Assembly (NCBI GenBank): GCA_045599185.1
Contig: JAZRVO010000021.1
Location: forward strand, 11,282-75,281
Direction of reading: 5' to 3'
DNA length: 64,000 nt
DNA from: Treponemataceae bacterium
GTDB lineage: Bacteria; Spirochaetota; Spirochaetia; Treponematales; Treponemataceae
Below the pieces are notes generated by a model. It was not told the origin of the DNA. It searched no databases and saw only the letters and a list, made by a program, of their open reading frames with translations. Shown here one piece after another: positions 16,870 through 26,785 of this stretch (its first letter is position 1; each line of letters begins with the position of its first letter). A program made the position numbers and the translations under genes.

Positions 16870-18723
16870 ATGAAAAGCCGCAAGTCGTTTCTAGTTCCAA
16901 TTGCGGTAAAACTTATTACCATCAGTACAATAATAATTCTCGTTACCATTACAGTTTCCACTGCCGTTGTTAGCGGAATTATCAGAAACGACGTACGCAT
17001 TACGGCAGAAAACAACAATCTTTCATTAAACCAGCACGCCGCGTCGGAAGCGGAAATATTCATCAATTCAATAATTACAAACACCGGGCTTATACTTAAC
17101 CTTGGCGAATTCGGCGAAAACTCTGAAAATTCAGCAAAAAGCAAAAAGCAGAACGACATTTTTGACAGCATGCCTAACATTGCAGCCATTGTTGTGCCCA
17201 GTTTTGCAAAAGTTGTTAACCAGCAGTATCTGCAAAGCCTTGGTTTAAGCGAACAGGACATTGAACGCTTCATTCAAAGCGAGCAGGACAATTTTGAACG
17301 TGCCGAACACGGCGAAATTATTCTTTTAAACGCAAGCCCGTTTTTCGGATGCAGCCTTACTGCCCTTTTAATGCCCGTTGAATTTGCCGACACCCAGGAA
17401 GCGGTTCTGGCACTTTTTTCATGCGAAAGCCTTGCAGACACTTTTTCCAGCGGCACGAACAAGGTGCTTATGGTCAATTCCTACGGCGACGTAATTGTAA
17501 GCGATAATTTAACCCAGATTATTGACGGTAAAAACATAGGCGAAAGTAAGATTTTTGGCATTATAAGCCAAAGCCAAAGCCGCCAGCAGCAGTTAATTTA
17601 CACCGACGAAAACCATAAAGAATATTTTGCCTCATTCAGCAAGCTTTTAAACGGCGAACTTTGCATTATTACCCAGATTGACGGCGAAATTGTTTTTGAA
17701 GCCTTAAACCGCGCCCTGCACCAGAACCAGTGGCTGAACATAAGCATTTTGTGCGCAGCAATTCTGTTTGTGTGGTTTTTTGCCAAAACCATTACCATGC
17801 CTGTGGAAACCTTAAAAAGTGCGGCACAAAAAATTAAGCAGGGCGAATTTGACGTAAAAATTGACGTTAAAAGCCACGACGAACTTTCTCTTTTGGCAAA
17901 AAGCATGCAGAATATGAGCACCGGCCTTGCAGAACGCGAGCGCTTAAAGGAAAGTTTTGGGCGTTTTACAAATGCCCAGATTGCTGAAAAAGCTGCCAAA
18001 GGCGAACTTAAACTTGGCGGCGAAAAACGCTACATTTCAGTATTTTTTGCCGACCTTCGCGGCTTTACTGCTTTTTCCGACAAGCTGCAGGCTGAAGAAA
18101 TCGTTCACTTTTTGAACAAATATCTTGAAAAAATGGTTGGCTGCATAAACAAAACCGGCGGCAATGTTGACAAATTCATTGGTGACGCGGTTATGGCTGT
18201 TTGGGGCGCGCCAAGCGGCATTTCGCCAAAGCAGGACGCGCTGAATGCGATTACCGCAGCTTTTTTAATGCGCTACGCACTTATTGAGCTGAACGAAACG
18301 CTGGACGGTCAGCACATTAAAAACGGCTGCGGCATTTCCAGCGGCGAAGTTATTGCCGGGCAAATCGGTTCTAGCGAAAGAATGGAATACACCGTTATTG
18401 GCGACACGGTAAACCTTGCCTCGCGCATTGAAGCCATTAACAAGCAGCTTGCAACGGACATTCTTATAAGCGAGGAAACTTTCAGCCTTGTTAAGGATGA
18501 AATTATTGCAGAAGAAATGCCGGCTTTTTTTGTGAAAGGAAAAGAAGAAGCCATAAGGCTGTTTGCGCCGGTTGCACTTAAAAACCCGGCAGGCACGCCT
18601 TTGCAGGGCATAAAACAGGTAGAAAATATTGAACAATTGCGAAAAATCCTTGGCTACCAAACGCCGGATTTAACAAAAGTGGACATAAATGAGGAAGAAA
18701 AAAAATATAAAATTAAAAAGTAG
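16870..18723 (+). CDS. membrane sensor adenylate/guanylate cyclase (TM-extracytoplasmic domain-TM-HAMP-class III cyclase)
   Basis: 617-aa ORF with two hydrophobic segments flanking a ~270-aa region and a HAMP-like linker (PVETLKSAAQKIKQGEFDVKIDVKSHDELSLLAKSMQNM). Cyclase motifs are FFADLRGFTAFS, KFIGDAVMAVWGAP and EYTVIGDTVNLASR. Confidence 0.9.
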   Translation: MKSRKSFLVPIAVKLITISTIIILVTITVSTAVVSGIIRNDVRITAENNNLSLNQHAASEAEIFINSIITNTGLILNLGEFGENSENSAKSKKQNDIFDSMPNIAAIVVPSFAKVVNQQYLQSLGLSEQDIERFIQSEQDNFERAEHGEIILLNASPFFGCSLTALLMPVEFADTQEAVLALFSCESLADTFSSGTNKVLMVNSYGDVIVSDNLTQIIDGKNIGESKIFGIISQSQSRQQQLIYTDENHKEYFASFSKLLNGELCIITQIDGEIVFEALNRALHQNQWLNISILCAAILFVWFFAKTITMPVETLKSAAQKIKQGEFDVKIDVKSHDELSLLAKSMQNMSTGLAERERLKESFGRFTNAQIAEKAAKGELKLGGEKRYISVFFADLRGFTAFSDKLQAEEIVHFLNKYLEKMVGCINKTGGNVDKFIGDAVMAVWGAPSGISPKQDALNAITAAFLMRYALIELNETLDGQHIKNGCGISSGEVIAGQIGSSERMEYTVIGDTVNLASRIEAINKQLATDILISEETFSLVKDEIIAEEMPAFFVKGKEEAIRLFAPVALKNPAGTPLQGIKQVENIEQLRKILGYQTPDLTKVDINEEEKKYKIKK

Positions 18724-20731
18724 CGACATTTTTGTATGTTCAGTTTGCCTTTTGGGCATAATTTTTTCACTTTTTAATTATTTTTCAGACATTTACCATA
18801 CCTCAAACCGCAGCGACATTGAACCAATTGCGTTTCTTGCAACAAAGGTAAAATCCGTGCAGCGGCGTTTTCACGACCGTCTTGTTTGGGACATGCTTAA
18901 AAACAATTCTGCACTTTATGCCGGTGACTTTGTGCGCACCGGTGAAAATTCCATGGCAGAAATTAAGTTTGAATCGGGCACGCTTATTCTTATGGGACAG
19001 GACAGCCTTATTGAAATTCTGCCCGAAAGTGAAAGTGCCAAACTGCTTATTGCCGCAGGAAACGTAAACATCAACACAACCCAGAAAATGCGCTTAATGG
19101 CCGGTAACGAAATTGTTGAACTTGCAGAAAATTCAATTGTAAACATGACCATTGAACCGCTGCCCGAAGTTGAGGAAATTACGGACAGCGGTGTTGAAAG
19201 CGCAAACGCCAGCGGAAGCAAAACCGCCGGGGAAAATGGCGGTGCTGACGCAAGTGCAAGAAACGCGCGAAGCGGAAAAACGCCGGACAGAATAAAAGTT
19301 GCAGGTTCTATTGGTAAAAAAAGCAAAGACGACGTGCAGACGGTTGCCTACCAGCCTGCAACCGTGCGGCCAAAAACAACGGCCAGCATAGTAAGCGTAA
19401 AGGTTGAACAGGGAAAACTGAGCCAGAATCAGGTAAACGGCGGCGTTGTAGAAGTAAATGCCGGTAAAGAAGTGGTTTTAAGCGCAAAACAGAAAGTTTA
19501 CACCGAACCTACATTGCTTATCACAAGTCCGCAGGTAAAACACCAGATTGTAAAAAGCCTTAGCGACAAGGCAAACGTTGAATTTGAATGGCAGTCTTAC
19601 AATCTTCCGAAGGATTACAAGCTTTGCATAGAAATTGCCTACGATGAAAGTTTTAAATACCCGTACAAAACCCTTATGTTTGACATAGGCCAGAACAATG
19701 GAACACTTGACGATTTGCCCAACCGCATGATGTTCTGGAAAGCATACCCGGCTGAAGACAGCACAAACGCGCCGGACAAGGAATATGAAAACCTTTTGCA
19801 GCGCGGAAGCATTTCCGTTTATTCGGTTACGCCGGTAAAAAAGCTGCGCCCGTTTAACAATGCCCAGCTTACCTACAAAGGTGCAAAAAGCGGCGTAACA
19901 TTTGCATGGACGCAGGACAATTTTGCAAAGGGCTACCGGCTTGTAATTGCTGCCGGTGAAGATTTTACCACCCCGGTGTTTGATGCAACAACCACCGAAA
20001 CCAGCATGAACGTTCAGAACCTGCCGAGCGGAAATTTGTTCTGGCAGGTGCAGAGCATTTACGACGCTTCGATGCAAATTGGCGAAACCGAAAGCGAGAT
20101 TTTTGCTTTTTACGTGCAGGAAAAACCTGAACTTTTGGCACCGCAATGCATAAAACCGGCAAATTTGGAAGTACATTACACCGCCGCCGGCCGTCAGCCG
20201 CTGGTTTTTGCATGGCAAAATGTAAGCACGGCAGTTGAATACACACTTTTTATTGCCGATAATCCGCGGCTTAAAAACCCGGAAGTAGAAATTACCACAA
20301 AAGAACTGTATTTCAGCCTTGTGCCCGGCAAATACAATCTAGCAGAAGGCAAACCCTGGTACTGGGGCGTAAGCTACATCGACAGCGAGGGAACAGTTTC
20401 ACAGATGTCGAAAATAAGCAGTTTTTACATGCTTAATGAAAAGCCGTATTTGCACAGCCATGCACCGGGTGATAACTTTGAAATTAAATGCAGCGAACTG
20501 AAAAATGTTCTTTTTGAACTGGAAACGAACATGCCGACAGACAGAACTTTTGTAATTGCCAAAGACAAAAACTTTGCAGAAATTGTTTTGCAGGCAGAAA
20601 TAAGTAAAAATGCCTTTAAAGTTTCCAGTGAACTGCTGCCGGGCGAATATTACTGGCGCGTTAACTGCGGCAAAACAAGCAGCGAAACGCGAAAAATTAT
20701 TCTGCTTGCAGACGAAGAAAGCGAAAACTAA
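18689..20731 (+). CDS. FecR-like domain protein with four tandem beta-sandwich-type repeats
   Basis: 680-aa ORF overlapping the cyclase stop by 35 nt, with an N-terminal TM anchor and a FecR-like segment (LYAGDFVRTGENSMAEIKFESGTLILMGQDSLIEI). Four ~90-aa repeats carry the signature F.W.....Y.L.IA.D..F (FEWQSYNLPKDYKLCIEIAYDESF, FAWTQDNFAKGYRLVIAAGEDF, FAWQNVSTAVEYTLFIADNPRL, FELETNMPTDRTFVIAKDKNF). Confidence 0.7.
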   Translation: MRKKKNIKLKSSDIFVCSVCLLGIIFSLFNYFSDIYHTSNRSDIEPIAFLATKVKSVQRRFHDRLVWDMLKNNSALYAGDFVRTGENSMAEIKFESGTLILMGQDSLIEILPESESAKLLIAAGNVNINTTQKMRLMAGNEIVELAENSIVNMTIEPLPEVEEITDSGVESANASGSKTAGENGGADASARNARSGKTPDRIKVAGSIGKKSKDDVQTVAYQPATVRPKTTASIVSVKVEQGKLSQNQVNGGVVEVNAGKEVVLSAKQKVYTEPTLLITSPQVKHQIVKSLSDKANVEFEWQSYNLPKDYKLCIEIAYDESFKYPYKTLMFDIGQNNGTLDDLPNRMMFWKAYPAEDSTNAPDKEYENLLQRGSISVYSVTPVKKLRPFNNAQLTYKGAKSGVTFAWTQDNFAKGYRLVIAAGEDFTTPVFDATTTETSMNVQNLPSGNLFWQVQSIYDASMQIGETESEIFAFYVQEKPELLAPQCIKPANLEVHYTAAGRQPLVFAWQNVSTAVEYTLFIADNPRLKNPEVEITTKELYFSLVPGKYNLAEGKPWYWGVSYIDSEGTVSQMSKISSFYMLNEKPYLHSHAPGDNFEIKCSELKNVLFELETNMPTDRTFVIAKDKNFAEIVLQAEISKNAFKVSSELLPGEYYWRVNCGKTSSETRKIILLADEESEN

Positions 20732-20919
20732 AAATTGTTTAAGAACATGCCGGCGTGTAAAGGCTTTGGGCGCATTTACGGCGGTACATTTTTTTTCAAA
20801 TGCGCGCCAAAGGCAAACCGGCTGAACCGGTAAAACCGACCGGACATAACAAACTAAACAAACCATCCGGTTCTGGGCTGTTCGCCCCAAATGACAAAAA
20901 AATGTTCTGGGCTTTCAGG

Positions 20920-21441
20920 CTAGCAGAAAGCTTTTAATATTTCATCCAGATTGTACTCGTCGTCAATTTCTACAAATGGCGTGCCGTTGGCAAGGCAGTC
21001 TTCCTTAAAGCCCTTGCTGCAATCTATAAGCCGTTCAAGGTTTACTTCATCGTCAATGCGGTTTTCTATTATGCTGGCATATCTGGAAATGTCTTCAAAA
21101 TGAGAACGAAGGTAACGTTCGCTCATCACGATAAAAACGGCACGAATTTCCTTAAGGTATTCGGGCGCAAAACTTTCCTTCCACTGCCGCGGAATGTAGC
21201 AGCCTTCAATAATCATGTTCTGCCTGTTTTCAATGGCAGTTTTTATCATTTCGGCGGCAAAAGGCCAAAGCCAGAAGCGCATTTTGTAGTCATCTTCCAC
21301 TGTAAGTTCCGTACGCCCTGTGCGTATAAAGCCCATTTTAAGATGGTCTAGGCTTGTACACGGGTAATGAAATTTTTCTATAAGCTTTTGGGAAACTAAG
21401 GTTTTTCCTACGTGGCTAGAACCGCCAATTAAAATAATCAT
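20920..21441 (-). CDS. small P-loop NTPase/kinase-like protein
   Basis: 173-aa ORF with an N-terminal Walker A (MIILIGGSSHVGKT). Its size and layout resemble nucleoside/2-phosphoglycerate-kinase-like AAA proteins. Confidence 0.65.
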   Translation of the reverse strand: MIILIGGSSHVGKTLVSQKLIEKFHYPCTSLDHLKMGFIRTGRTELTVEDDYKMRFWLWPFAAEMIKTAIENRQNMIIEGCYIPRQWKESFAPEYLKEIRAVFIVMSERYLRSHFEDISRYASIIENRIDDEVNLERLIDCSKGFKEDCLANGTPFVEIDDEYNLDEILKAFC

Positions 21442-21495
21442 TTTATCTCCGCATAAAAAATTTTACCAATTCAAATTGAACCGAAAGCTAAATTG

Positions 21496-22188
21496 TTACT
21501 GGGTAAGCAATACGGCGCAGCCGGCATCGCAGGCTTTAACATGCGCACCAAATGGCATTGTTTTTTCTGTAAAGCCTGCCTTGCCAGCCAGAACTTTTTC
21601 TGCACCGGCAAGCAGTTTTTCTACCGCGTCATTTCCAAGCGGCAAATCGCCGTGGCAGGCCAAAACCGTGTCAAACCTGTCTTTCATTTTTAAAAGTTTT
21701 TGCAGGGAAGCAATATATGCCGGCAAATTTCTGCCCGGACCAAACATAAAAATTTCGCTGTTCTGCTGAACAGTGTCGCCGCCAAAAAGCAGCCGTGCAT
21801 TTACGTCTAAAATTCCAATGCTTCCCGGTGTATGCCCCGGAATGTGAATTATTTCCAGCGGTCTGTCGCCAAGATCCAGCACCTTTCCTTCTTCAACAGC
21901 AACGGCACGACCTTTTCCGTTTTTCATGCCGTAATATTCAACTTCGGCTTTATGCATGTAAACACTTTCAAACTGAAAATTGCTGCCAATGTGATCCGGG
22001 TCGCCATGGGAAATAATGATTTTAAGCGGCAAACTGGTTATGCTTTCGGCGGTTTCTTTTGCTTTTCCAGCCTGCATTCCAGAATCAATTAAAAGCGCTT
22101 CCCTGTTTCCCGTTAAAAGGAAAAAGCGGACAAAACCTTCTTCAATAATCCATGTGTTTTCGTTAAATTGCTTTACTTTGTATTCCAT
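21496..22188 (-). CDS. MBL-fold metallo-hydrolase
   Basis: 230-aa ORF with IIISHGDPDHIGS (an HxHxDH variant), IHIPGHTPGS and a distal LACHGD. Confidence 0.85.
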   Translation of the reverse strand: MEYKVKQFNENTWIIEEGFVRFFLLTGNREALLIDSGMQAGKAKETAESITSLPLKIIISHGDPDHIGSNFQFESVYMHKAEVEYYGMKNGKGRAVAVEEGKVLDLGDRPLEIIHIPGHTPGSIGILDVNARLLFGGDTVQQNSEIFMFGPGRNLPAYIASLQKLLKMKDRFDTVLACHGDLPLGNDAVEKLLAGAEKVLAGKAGFTEKTMPFGAHVKACDAGCAVLLTQ

Positions 22189-22245
22189 TTATTTCCTCGT
22201 TCCATTCAGCCGGAAACTCGTCCCGGCGCTTTATGCTGAATTATC

Positions 22246-22261
22246 AAATGCAGCTGCATTT
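22246..22261. promoter_or_regulatory. perfect 16-bp palindrome AAATGCAGCTGCATTT in the divergent MBL/MATE intergenic region
   Basis: Read directly from the sequence. It lies 58 nt upstream of the MBL start and 132 nt upstream of the MATE start. Confidence 0.35.
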
Positions 22262-22392
22262 AATTGTACACAATTTTTAAAAACTTTATAGCCTTAACGG
22301 CATTCAGCTAAAAAAAACCGTTAAAACAAGGCGGCATATAATTTTCAAAACATATTCCACACATTTGCAAAATTGATTAGGATAAAGTACCT

Positions 22393-23757
22393 ATGAGCAA
22401 AAAAACAATCGACATGACCGAGGGAAATCCCCTTAAGCTTATTACCTCCTTTACCATTCCAATGATTTTGGGAAACGTTTTTCAGCAGCTTTACACAATG
22501 GTAGACACGATGGTTGTTGGCCAGTTTGTAAGCAAGGACGCTTTGGCGGCAGTTGGTGCTACCGGCGCAATTTTGTTTTTAATGATTTCAATTATTATTG
22601 GCTTTACGGTGGGCACCGCAATTGTAACCGCGCAGAAAGCTGGCGCAAAAGACGCGGAAGGGATTCGCGCCATTTTTGCTACAGGATTTTTCATCGTTCT
22701 GATTGAATCAGTTGCGCTGGTTATAATCGGAAACATCGGCATTCGGCCAGCCCTGCACCTTTTGCGCACGCCGGAAGAAATTATCAGCCAGGCCGACCTT
22801 TATTTAAGAATAAACTTTTGCAGCTGCGTTGCACCTATTCTGTACAACATTGTTTCCCAGTTCATGCGTTCACTTGGCGACAGCAAAACGCCGCTTTACG
22901 CGCTTATTATTTCTTCCGTTACAAACATTGTTCTTGATTTGGTATTTGTAATTTTTTTCGGCATGGGCGTTGCAGGCGTTGCCATTGCCACGGCAATTGC
23001 ACAGGCAATTTCGGCGCTTTACTGCCTTGCAGTTACTTTCCGTCATTTTCCTGAATATATTCCGGGCAAAGGCGAATGGAAAATTAACCGCCCGATTGTT
23101 AAGACGATATTGAAATTTGGCATACCGATGTCGCTGCAAAACATGCTTGTGTCTTTTGGAATGATGTTCGTGCAGTCTACGATAAACGGTTTTGGTACGA
23201 ACGTTGTTGCAGGCTTTACGGCCGGAAACAAGCTTGACCAGATTGGCATTCAGTTTATGAATTCGGTTGGTACTGCTTCTTCTACCTATACCGGCCAGAA
23301 TTTTGGTGCAAAAAAGGTAAACCGGCTTTTTGAAGGCCTGAAGGCTTCCATGATTTTCAATTTTATTATGACTGCCGTTCTTTCGCTTACGCTTGTGCTG
23401 TTTGGCAAATACATTGTCCTGCTTTTCGTAAAAACATCCGAAACCGAAGTTATTTCCGTTGCGGTCAAATACCTTAAAATTGTGTGTTCTTTTTACCTGC
23501 TGTGCGGCATCAGCAACATTTTGCAAAACTATCTTAGGGGCATAAACTACGTGGCTGTGCCAACTGCTTCCAGCATAATTGAACTTGTGGTGAAAATTGC
23601 CGTTGCTTTTGGTTTTTCCTGCATGTTTGGGCATAACGGCATTTGGTGGGCGTGGCCTGTTGCTTGGTTTGTTACCGATGTTTTTCTGTTTGGCTATTTG
23701 TTTTTTAAGGCAAACCCGGCGTTAAAAAAAATGTTTTTGCAAACCAGCCAAAACTAG
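22393..23757 (+). CDS. MATE family efflux transporter
   Basis: 454-aa ORF with about 12 TM segments and a typical N-terminus (NPLKLITSFTIPMILGNVFQQLYTMVDTMVVGQ). Confidence 0.9.
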   Translation: MSKKTIDMTEGNPLKLITSFTIPMILGNVFQQLYTMVDTMVVGQFVSKDALAAVGATGAILFLMISIIIGFTVGTAIVTAQKAGAKDAEGIRAIFATGFFIVLIESVALVIIGNIGIRPALHLLRTPEEIISQADLYLRINFCSCVAPILYNIVSQFMRSLGDSKTPLYALIISSVTNIVLDLVFVIFFGMGVAGVAIATAIAQAISALYCLAVTFRHFPEYIPGKGEWKINRPIVKTILKFGIPMSLQNMLVSFGMMFVQSTINGFGTNVVAGFTAGNKLDQIGIQFMNSVGTASSTYTGQNFGAKKVNRLFEGLKASMIFNFIMTAVLSLTLVLFGKYIVLLFVKTSETEVISVAVKYLKIVCSFYLLCGISNILQNYLRGINYVAVPTASSIIELVVKIAVAFGFSCMFGHNGIWWAWPVAWFVTDVFLFGYLFFKANPALKKMFLQTSQN

Positions 23758-23833
23758 TGAAAACTAGCTAAAAACAAAAAAACGCATAAAAATCCCGAAA
23801 CAAGTTTTCGCCTGTTACGAGGAATGAATAAAA

Positions 23834-23879
23834 AATTGGCCAAATGCCGAATTTTATAAAACACGACATTTGGCCAATT
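23834..23879 (-). terminator. rho-independent terminator after the GH43 gene
   Basis: Perfect 13-bp stem AATTGGCCAAATG/CATTTGGCCAATT starting 4 nt after the stop, followed on the minus strand by TTTTATT. Confidence 0.8.
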
Positions 23880-23882
23880 AGA

Positions 23883-25346
23883 TTATTTTAATTCAAAACT
23901 TATAAAATCCACAGCGCCTGAACCGGCGTAAGTGAAGTACAATGGCTTTTTGCCTTTATCAATAGCAAGGGCTGCACCAAAATCCTGCCAGTCGCCACAA
24001 GCTTCTACAGGAATTTCAGCAACGATTTTACTGTCAGCATCCCGGCCATCCTTAACAACAAACTTACCTTTGCTACAAGCCGCAGACTTTTCGCAAAGCT
24101 TACCGGCACGGCCAGTGTCACTAGTTCCACGCACCTTTACGCTAATCCAGTTTGCCTTTTCAAAATTAAAATAGCGGTAACCGGCAGTTGCACCATCCTT
24201 CATATTGTTTATAAACTGGTTCGGATTTTCCTCTCTGTCAATTCCTTCCTGAGTAAAAGCCGGATGTTCCTGATTCTGCTGGTCTTCCAAGCTTTCAGTT
24301 GTGCCATTTTTACTGTAAAGATGGCAGGCAATGCGGGCTTCGTAAACTCCTTCATCTTTAAGTGGTCCTCCATTCAAACCGCAGGAAGTAACTTCTGCCT
24401 GATAGAATTTTTCTCCATCAAACTTAATTTCTTCTGCACAAGCCTGGCGGCTAAAAAAGTGTCTGTTTGTCTGGCGGTGATAAAATACATACCACTTGCC
24501 GTTTACAAAGGCCACGCTGCCATGAGTATTTCCACGGTAGTTCAGTGCTTCTTTATTTCCATTAGCCCCAATATCAGAATTACTTACAAGTACACCGCCA
24601 AAACGGTAATTTCCCAGCGGCGTGTCTGCCACAGCCCAGCAAAGTTCATGCATCCAGGTTGAACTGTAAATAAAATAATATTTTCCGTTGATTTTACGAA
24701 CCGAACTTGCTTCAAAAAAAGGATGCTCAGCATATTCAGTGCCCGGAGCGGCAGTAATAATTGGAAGATTTTCTACAGGGGCGGTTTTTACAGTCAGCAT
24801 ATCCCGTTCCAGCTCCATTTTCTGGCTGTTTTTATCTTTATTTGGCATGTCCGCATATCGTGGACTGTTTCCAGAATAAAGGTAGATTCGCTCATCATCA
24901 TCTATAAAAATACCCGGGTCAAACTGGCGGGTATCGTTTTCAGTTCCCAAGGCACGGCCATCTGGCCAGCGAACAAAGCCTAAAAACTCGTATTCTCCGG
25001 CAGGTTCATCACAAACCGCAACACCAATTTCCTTTAATACATCCAAACAATAATAAAGGTAAAACTTTCCATCCAATCCCTGACAAACATCCGGTGCCCA
25101 CAAGGCGTGGCTCCCGTCTGCATTTCTAGGATCTTGAGTTTTCTTAAAAATTACACCTTCGTAACGCCAGTCAGACAAATCCGTTTCCGGCGCAGACCAG
25201 CACACATAATCATTCTGACAATAAACATCGCCATTAAATTTGTCGTGGCTGCCATAAATGTAAAGTCGGCCATTAAAAACACGAGGTCCTCCATCTGGAA
25301 TATACTCGTAACTTGGAAGATATGGATTAAAAACCTGATTTTTCAC
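23883..25346 (-). CDS. glycoside hydrolase family 43 (xylosidase/arabinofuranosidase-like) with C-terminal carbohydrate-binding-like domain
   Basis: 487-aa ORF with N-terminal NPYLPSYEYIPDGGPRVFNGRLYIYGSHD, then WAPDV and FFEASS blocks typical of the GH43 five-bladed propeller. The last ~130 aa are beta-rich (YRYFNF...VDFISFEL). No signal peptide. Confidence 0.8.
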   Translation of the reverse strand: MKNQVFNPYLPSYEYIPDGGPRVFNGRLYIYGSHDKFNGDVYCQNDYVCWSAPETDLSDWRYEGVIFKKTQDPRNADGSHALWAPDVCQGLDGKFYLYYCLDVLKEIGVAVCDEPAGEYEFLGFVRWPDGRALGTENDTRQFDPGIFIDDDERIYLYSGNSPRYADMPNKDKNSQKMELERDMLTVKTAPVENLPIITAAPGTEYAEHPFFEASSVRKINGKYYFIYSSTWMHELCWAVADTPLGNYRFGGVLVSNSDIGANGNKEALNYRGNTHGSVAFVNGKWYVFYHRQTNRHFFSRQACAEEIKFDGEKFYQAEVTSCGLNGGPLKDEGVYEARIACHLYSKNGTTESLEDQQNQEHPAFTQEGIDREENPNQFINNMKDGATAGYRYFNFEKANWISVKVRGTSDTGRAGKLCEKSAACSKGKFVVKDGRDADSKIVAEIPVEACGDWQDFGAALAIDKGKKPLYFTYAGSGAVDFISFELK

Positions 25347-25534
25347 TTTGCCCCCCGTTAAAATTCAGCCTGAATTATTCAGTTTTCTGCTTTGCGTAAA
25401 ACCGAAAGTTTGGTAATTACCATTTGCCCAAAAACTGAAAATATTTATAAAATCAGCATTCGGGCTTTTAAATAATTATACATCCTAAAACTGAAAAATG
25501 GTTTATAATTCTTGTTGAAGCATGGAGACATTAA

Positions 25535-26131
25535 ATGATTTACGATATTACACAACCACTTTTTGAATGCGAAGTTTTTCCCGGCGACCCGAAACCTGAA
25601 AAAAAAATAATGCTTAGGCTGGAAAAAGGCGATGTTTGCAACCTTACGGCTTTTTCAATGTGCGCCCACAATGGAACGCATGTTGATGCGCCTTTTCATT
25701 TTATTGAAGACGGCAAGGGAATTGATAAAATTGCCTTGGAAAAATTTATTGGCCCGGCTTACGTAAGACAGCACAAAGGCGATGTAAGTGCCAGCGATGC
25801 AAAAGAGATTCTGGAAAAGGCAAAGGCCGCCCACAGTGGTGCAGAAAAAAAGATTTTAATAAAAGGCCAAGCGGTGGTTACTTTGGAAGCGGCTAAGGTT
25901 TTTGCCGACGCCGGCGTGGATTTGGTTGGCAATGAATCGCAAACCGTAGGCCCGGAAAATGCGCCCAAAGACGTTCACCTTGTTCTGCTTGGTGCAGAAG
26001 TTGTACTGCTGGAAGGAATTAGGCTTGGTGCTGTGCCGGAAGGTGCATACTTTTTGAACTGTGCGCCGTTAAACCTTACGGACACGGATGGCGCGCCTTG
26101 CCGTGCCGTGCTGATTGACAATTTACTTTAA
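25535..26131 (+). CDS. cyclase-family protein (kynurenine formamidase-like)
   Basis: 198-aa ORF with the HNGTHVDAPFHF motif (HxGTHxDxPxH). Confidence 0.8.
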   Translation: MIYDITQPLFECEVFPGDPKPEKKIMLRLEKGDVCNLTAFSMCAHNGTHVDAPFHFIEDGKGIDKIALEKFIGPAYVRQHKGDVSASDAKEILEKAKAAHSGAEKKILIKGQAVVTLEAAKVFADAGVDLVGNESQTVGPENAPKDVHLVLLGAEVVLLEGIRLGAVPEGAYFLNCAPLNLTDTDGAPCRAVLIDNLL

Positions 26132-26138
26132 GCGAAAA

Positions 26139-26159
26139 ACCCCGGCCAAAAACCGGGGT
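26139..26159 (-). terminator. short GC hairpin between convergent genes (better terminator on the minus strand)
   Basis: ACCCCGG-CCAAAAA-CCGGGGT. A T-run (TTTTCGC) follows only on the minus strand. Confidence 0.5.
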
Positions 26160-26175
26160 GAAGAACGCGCCAAAA

Positions 26176-26547
26176 CTACCAGTCCCTCCATTCGCCTGTT
26201 ATGTCTTCGTTTTCATCCTGAATGAAATTGAAAAAACAGGCTGTTTGAATGATATATGCACAAATGTCTTCCCTCTGATCCGTTTCAATAAGGCTGAAAT
26301 CGCATTTTTCGTTCAATTCGTTCAGGGCAAGAACGGCTTTCTTCACGGAATCCATAAAGTTTCCGCTTTGCGCCTTAAAACAGCAAGACATTTCCCTGTA
26401 ATACGCATTCAAAATCTTCCTGACTTTCAGAACATCCCAAACATGATAATCACCGTCGCAATATTTGATAAACGCCAGCATTCCAGTCAGCAGGCGCTTT
26501 TTTATCAGGTTCAATTCTTTTTTGCTTTTAGCCATTTCAATTTGCAA
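26176..26547 (-). CDS. hypothetical protein (123 aa)
   Basis: Isolated ORF with helical, Cys-containing sequence. The start is uncertain (TTG vs the ATG at MAKSKK). I recognise no motif. Confidence 0.5.
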   Translation of the reverse strand: MQIEMAKSKKELNLIKKRLLTGMLAFIKYCDGDYHVWDVLKVRKILNAYYREMSCCFKAQSGNFMDSVKKAVLALNELNEKCDFSLIETDQREDICAYIIQTACFFNFIQDENEDITGEWRDW

Positions 26548-26785
26548 ACTGAAAAGTTTACAACCTCCTTTTTTTTGAAATATAGCGGATAGTGATTCTC
26601 TGGTCTATCCCAAAAGAACAGACTGTAAAAATTTGTGCAAGGCATTTCAATTTTAACTGATGGCTATAATTTAAAATGCACCGATTATTTAAGCCTGCAC
26701 TATTGATTAAAATCTTTATTTTATATAAACTTATGTAAATCATATTTATTTGAAAGAATCACCGGAAAGAAGGAGGTGACAATAT

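Noticed and set aside
19478-20218. 246-aa ORF antisense to the FecR-like gene. Similar long antisense ORFs lie at 68-754, 10486-11112, 22870-23634, 37121-37825 and 60275-61057.
   Set aside because: Each lies fully or mostly inside a strongly supported gene on the other strand. Their peptides are low-complexity and Cys/Phe/Lys/Asn-rich, and they lack start-site signals. These are typical stop-poor antisense frames.
20762-20814. Interrupted inverted repeat GGCTTTGG-GCGCATTT...AAATGCGCGCCAAAGGC downstream of the FecR-like gene, and the direct repeat GTTCTGGGCT x2 at 20870 and 20904
   Set aside because: It is probably just a non-canonical transcript-end structure. There is no U-tract after the stem, no other copies in the window, and the direct repeat is only 10 nt.
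26759-26783. Hairpin TCACC...GGTGA spanning the rpsU Shine-Dalgarno as an S21 autoregulatory leader
   Set aside because: The stem is only 5 bp and I have no comparative support.
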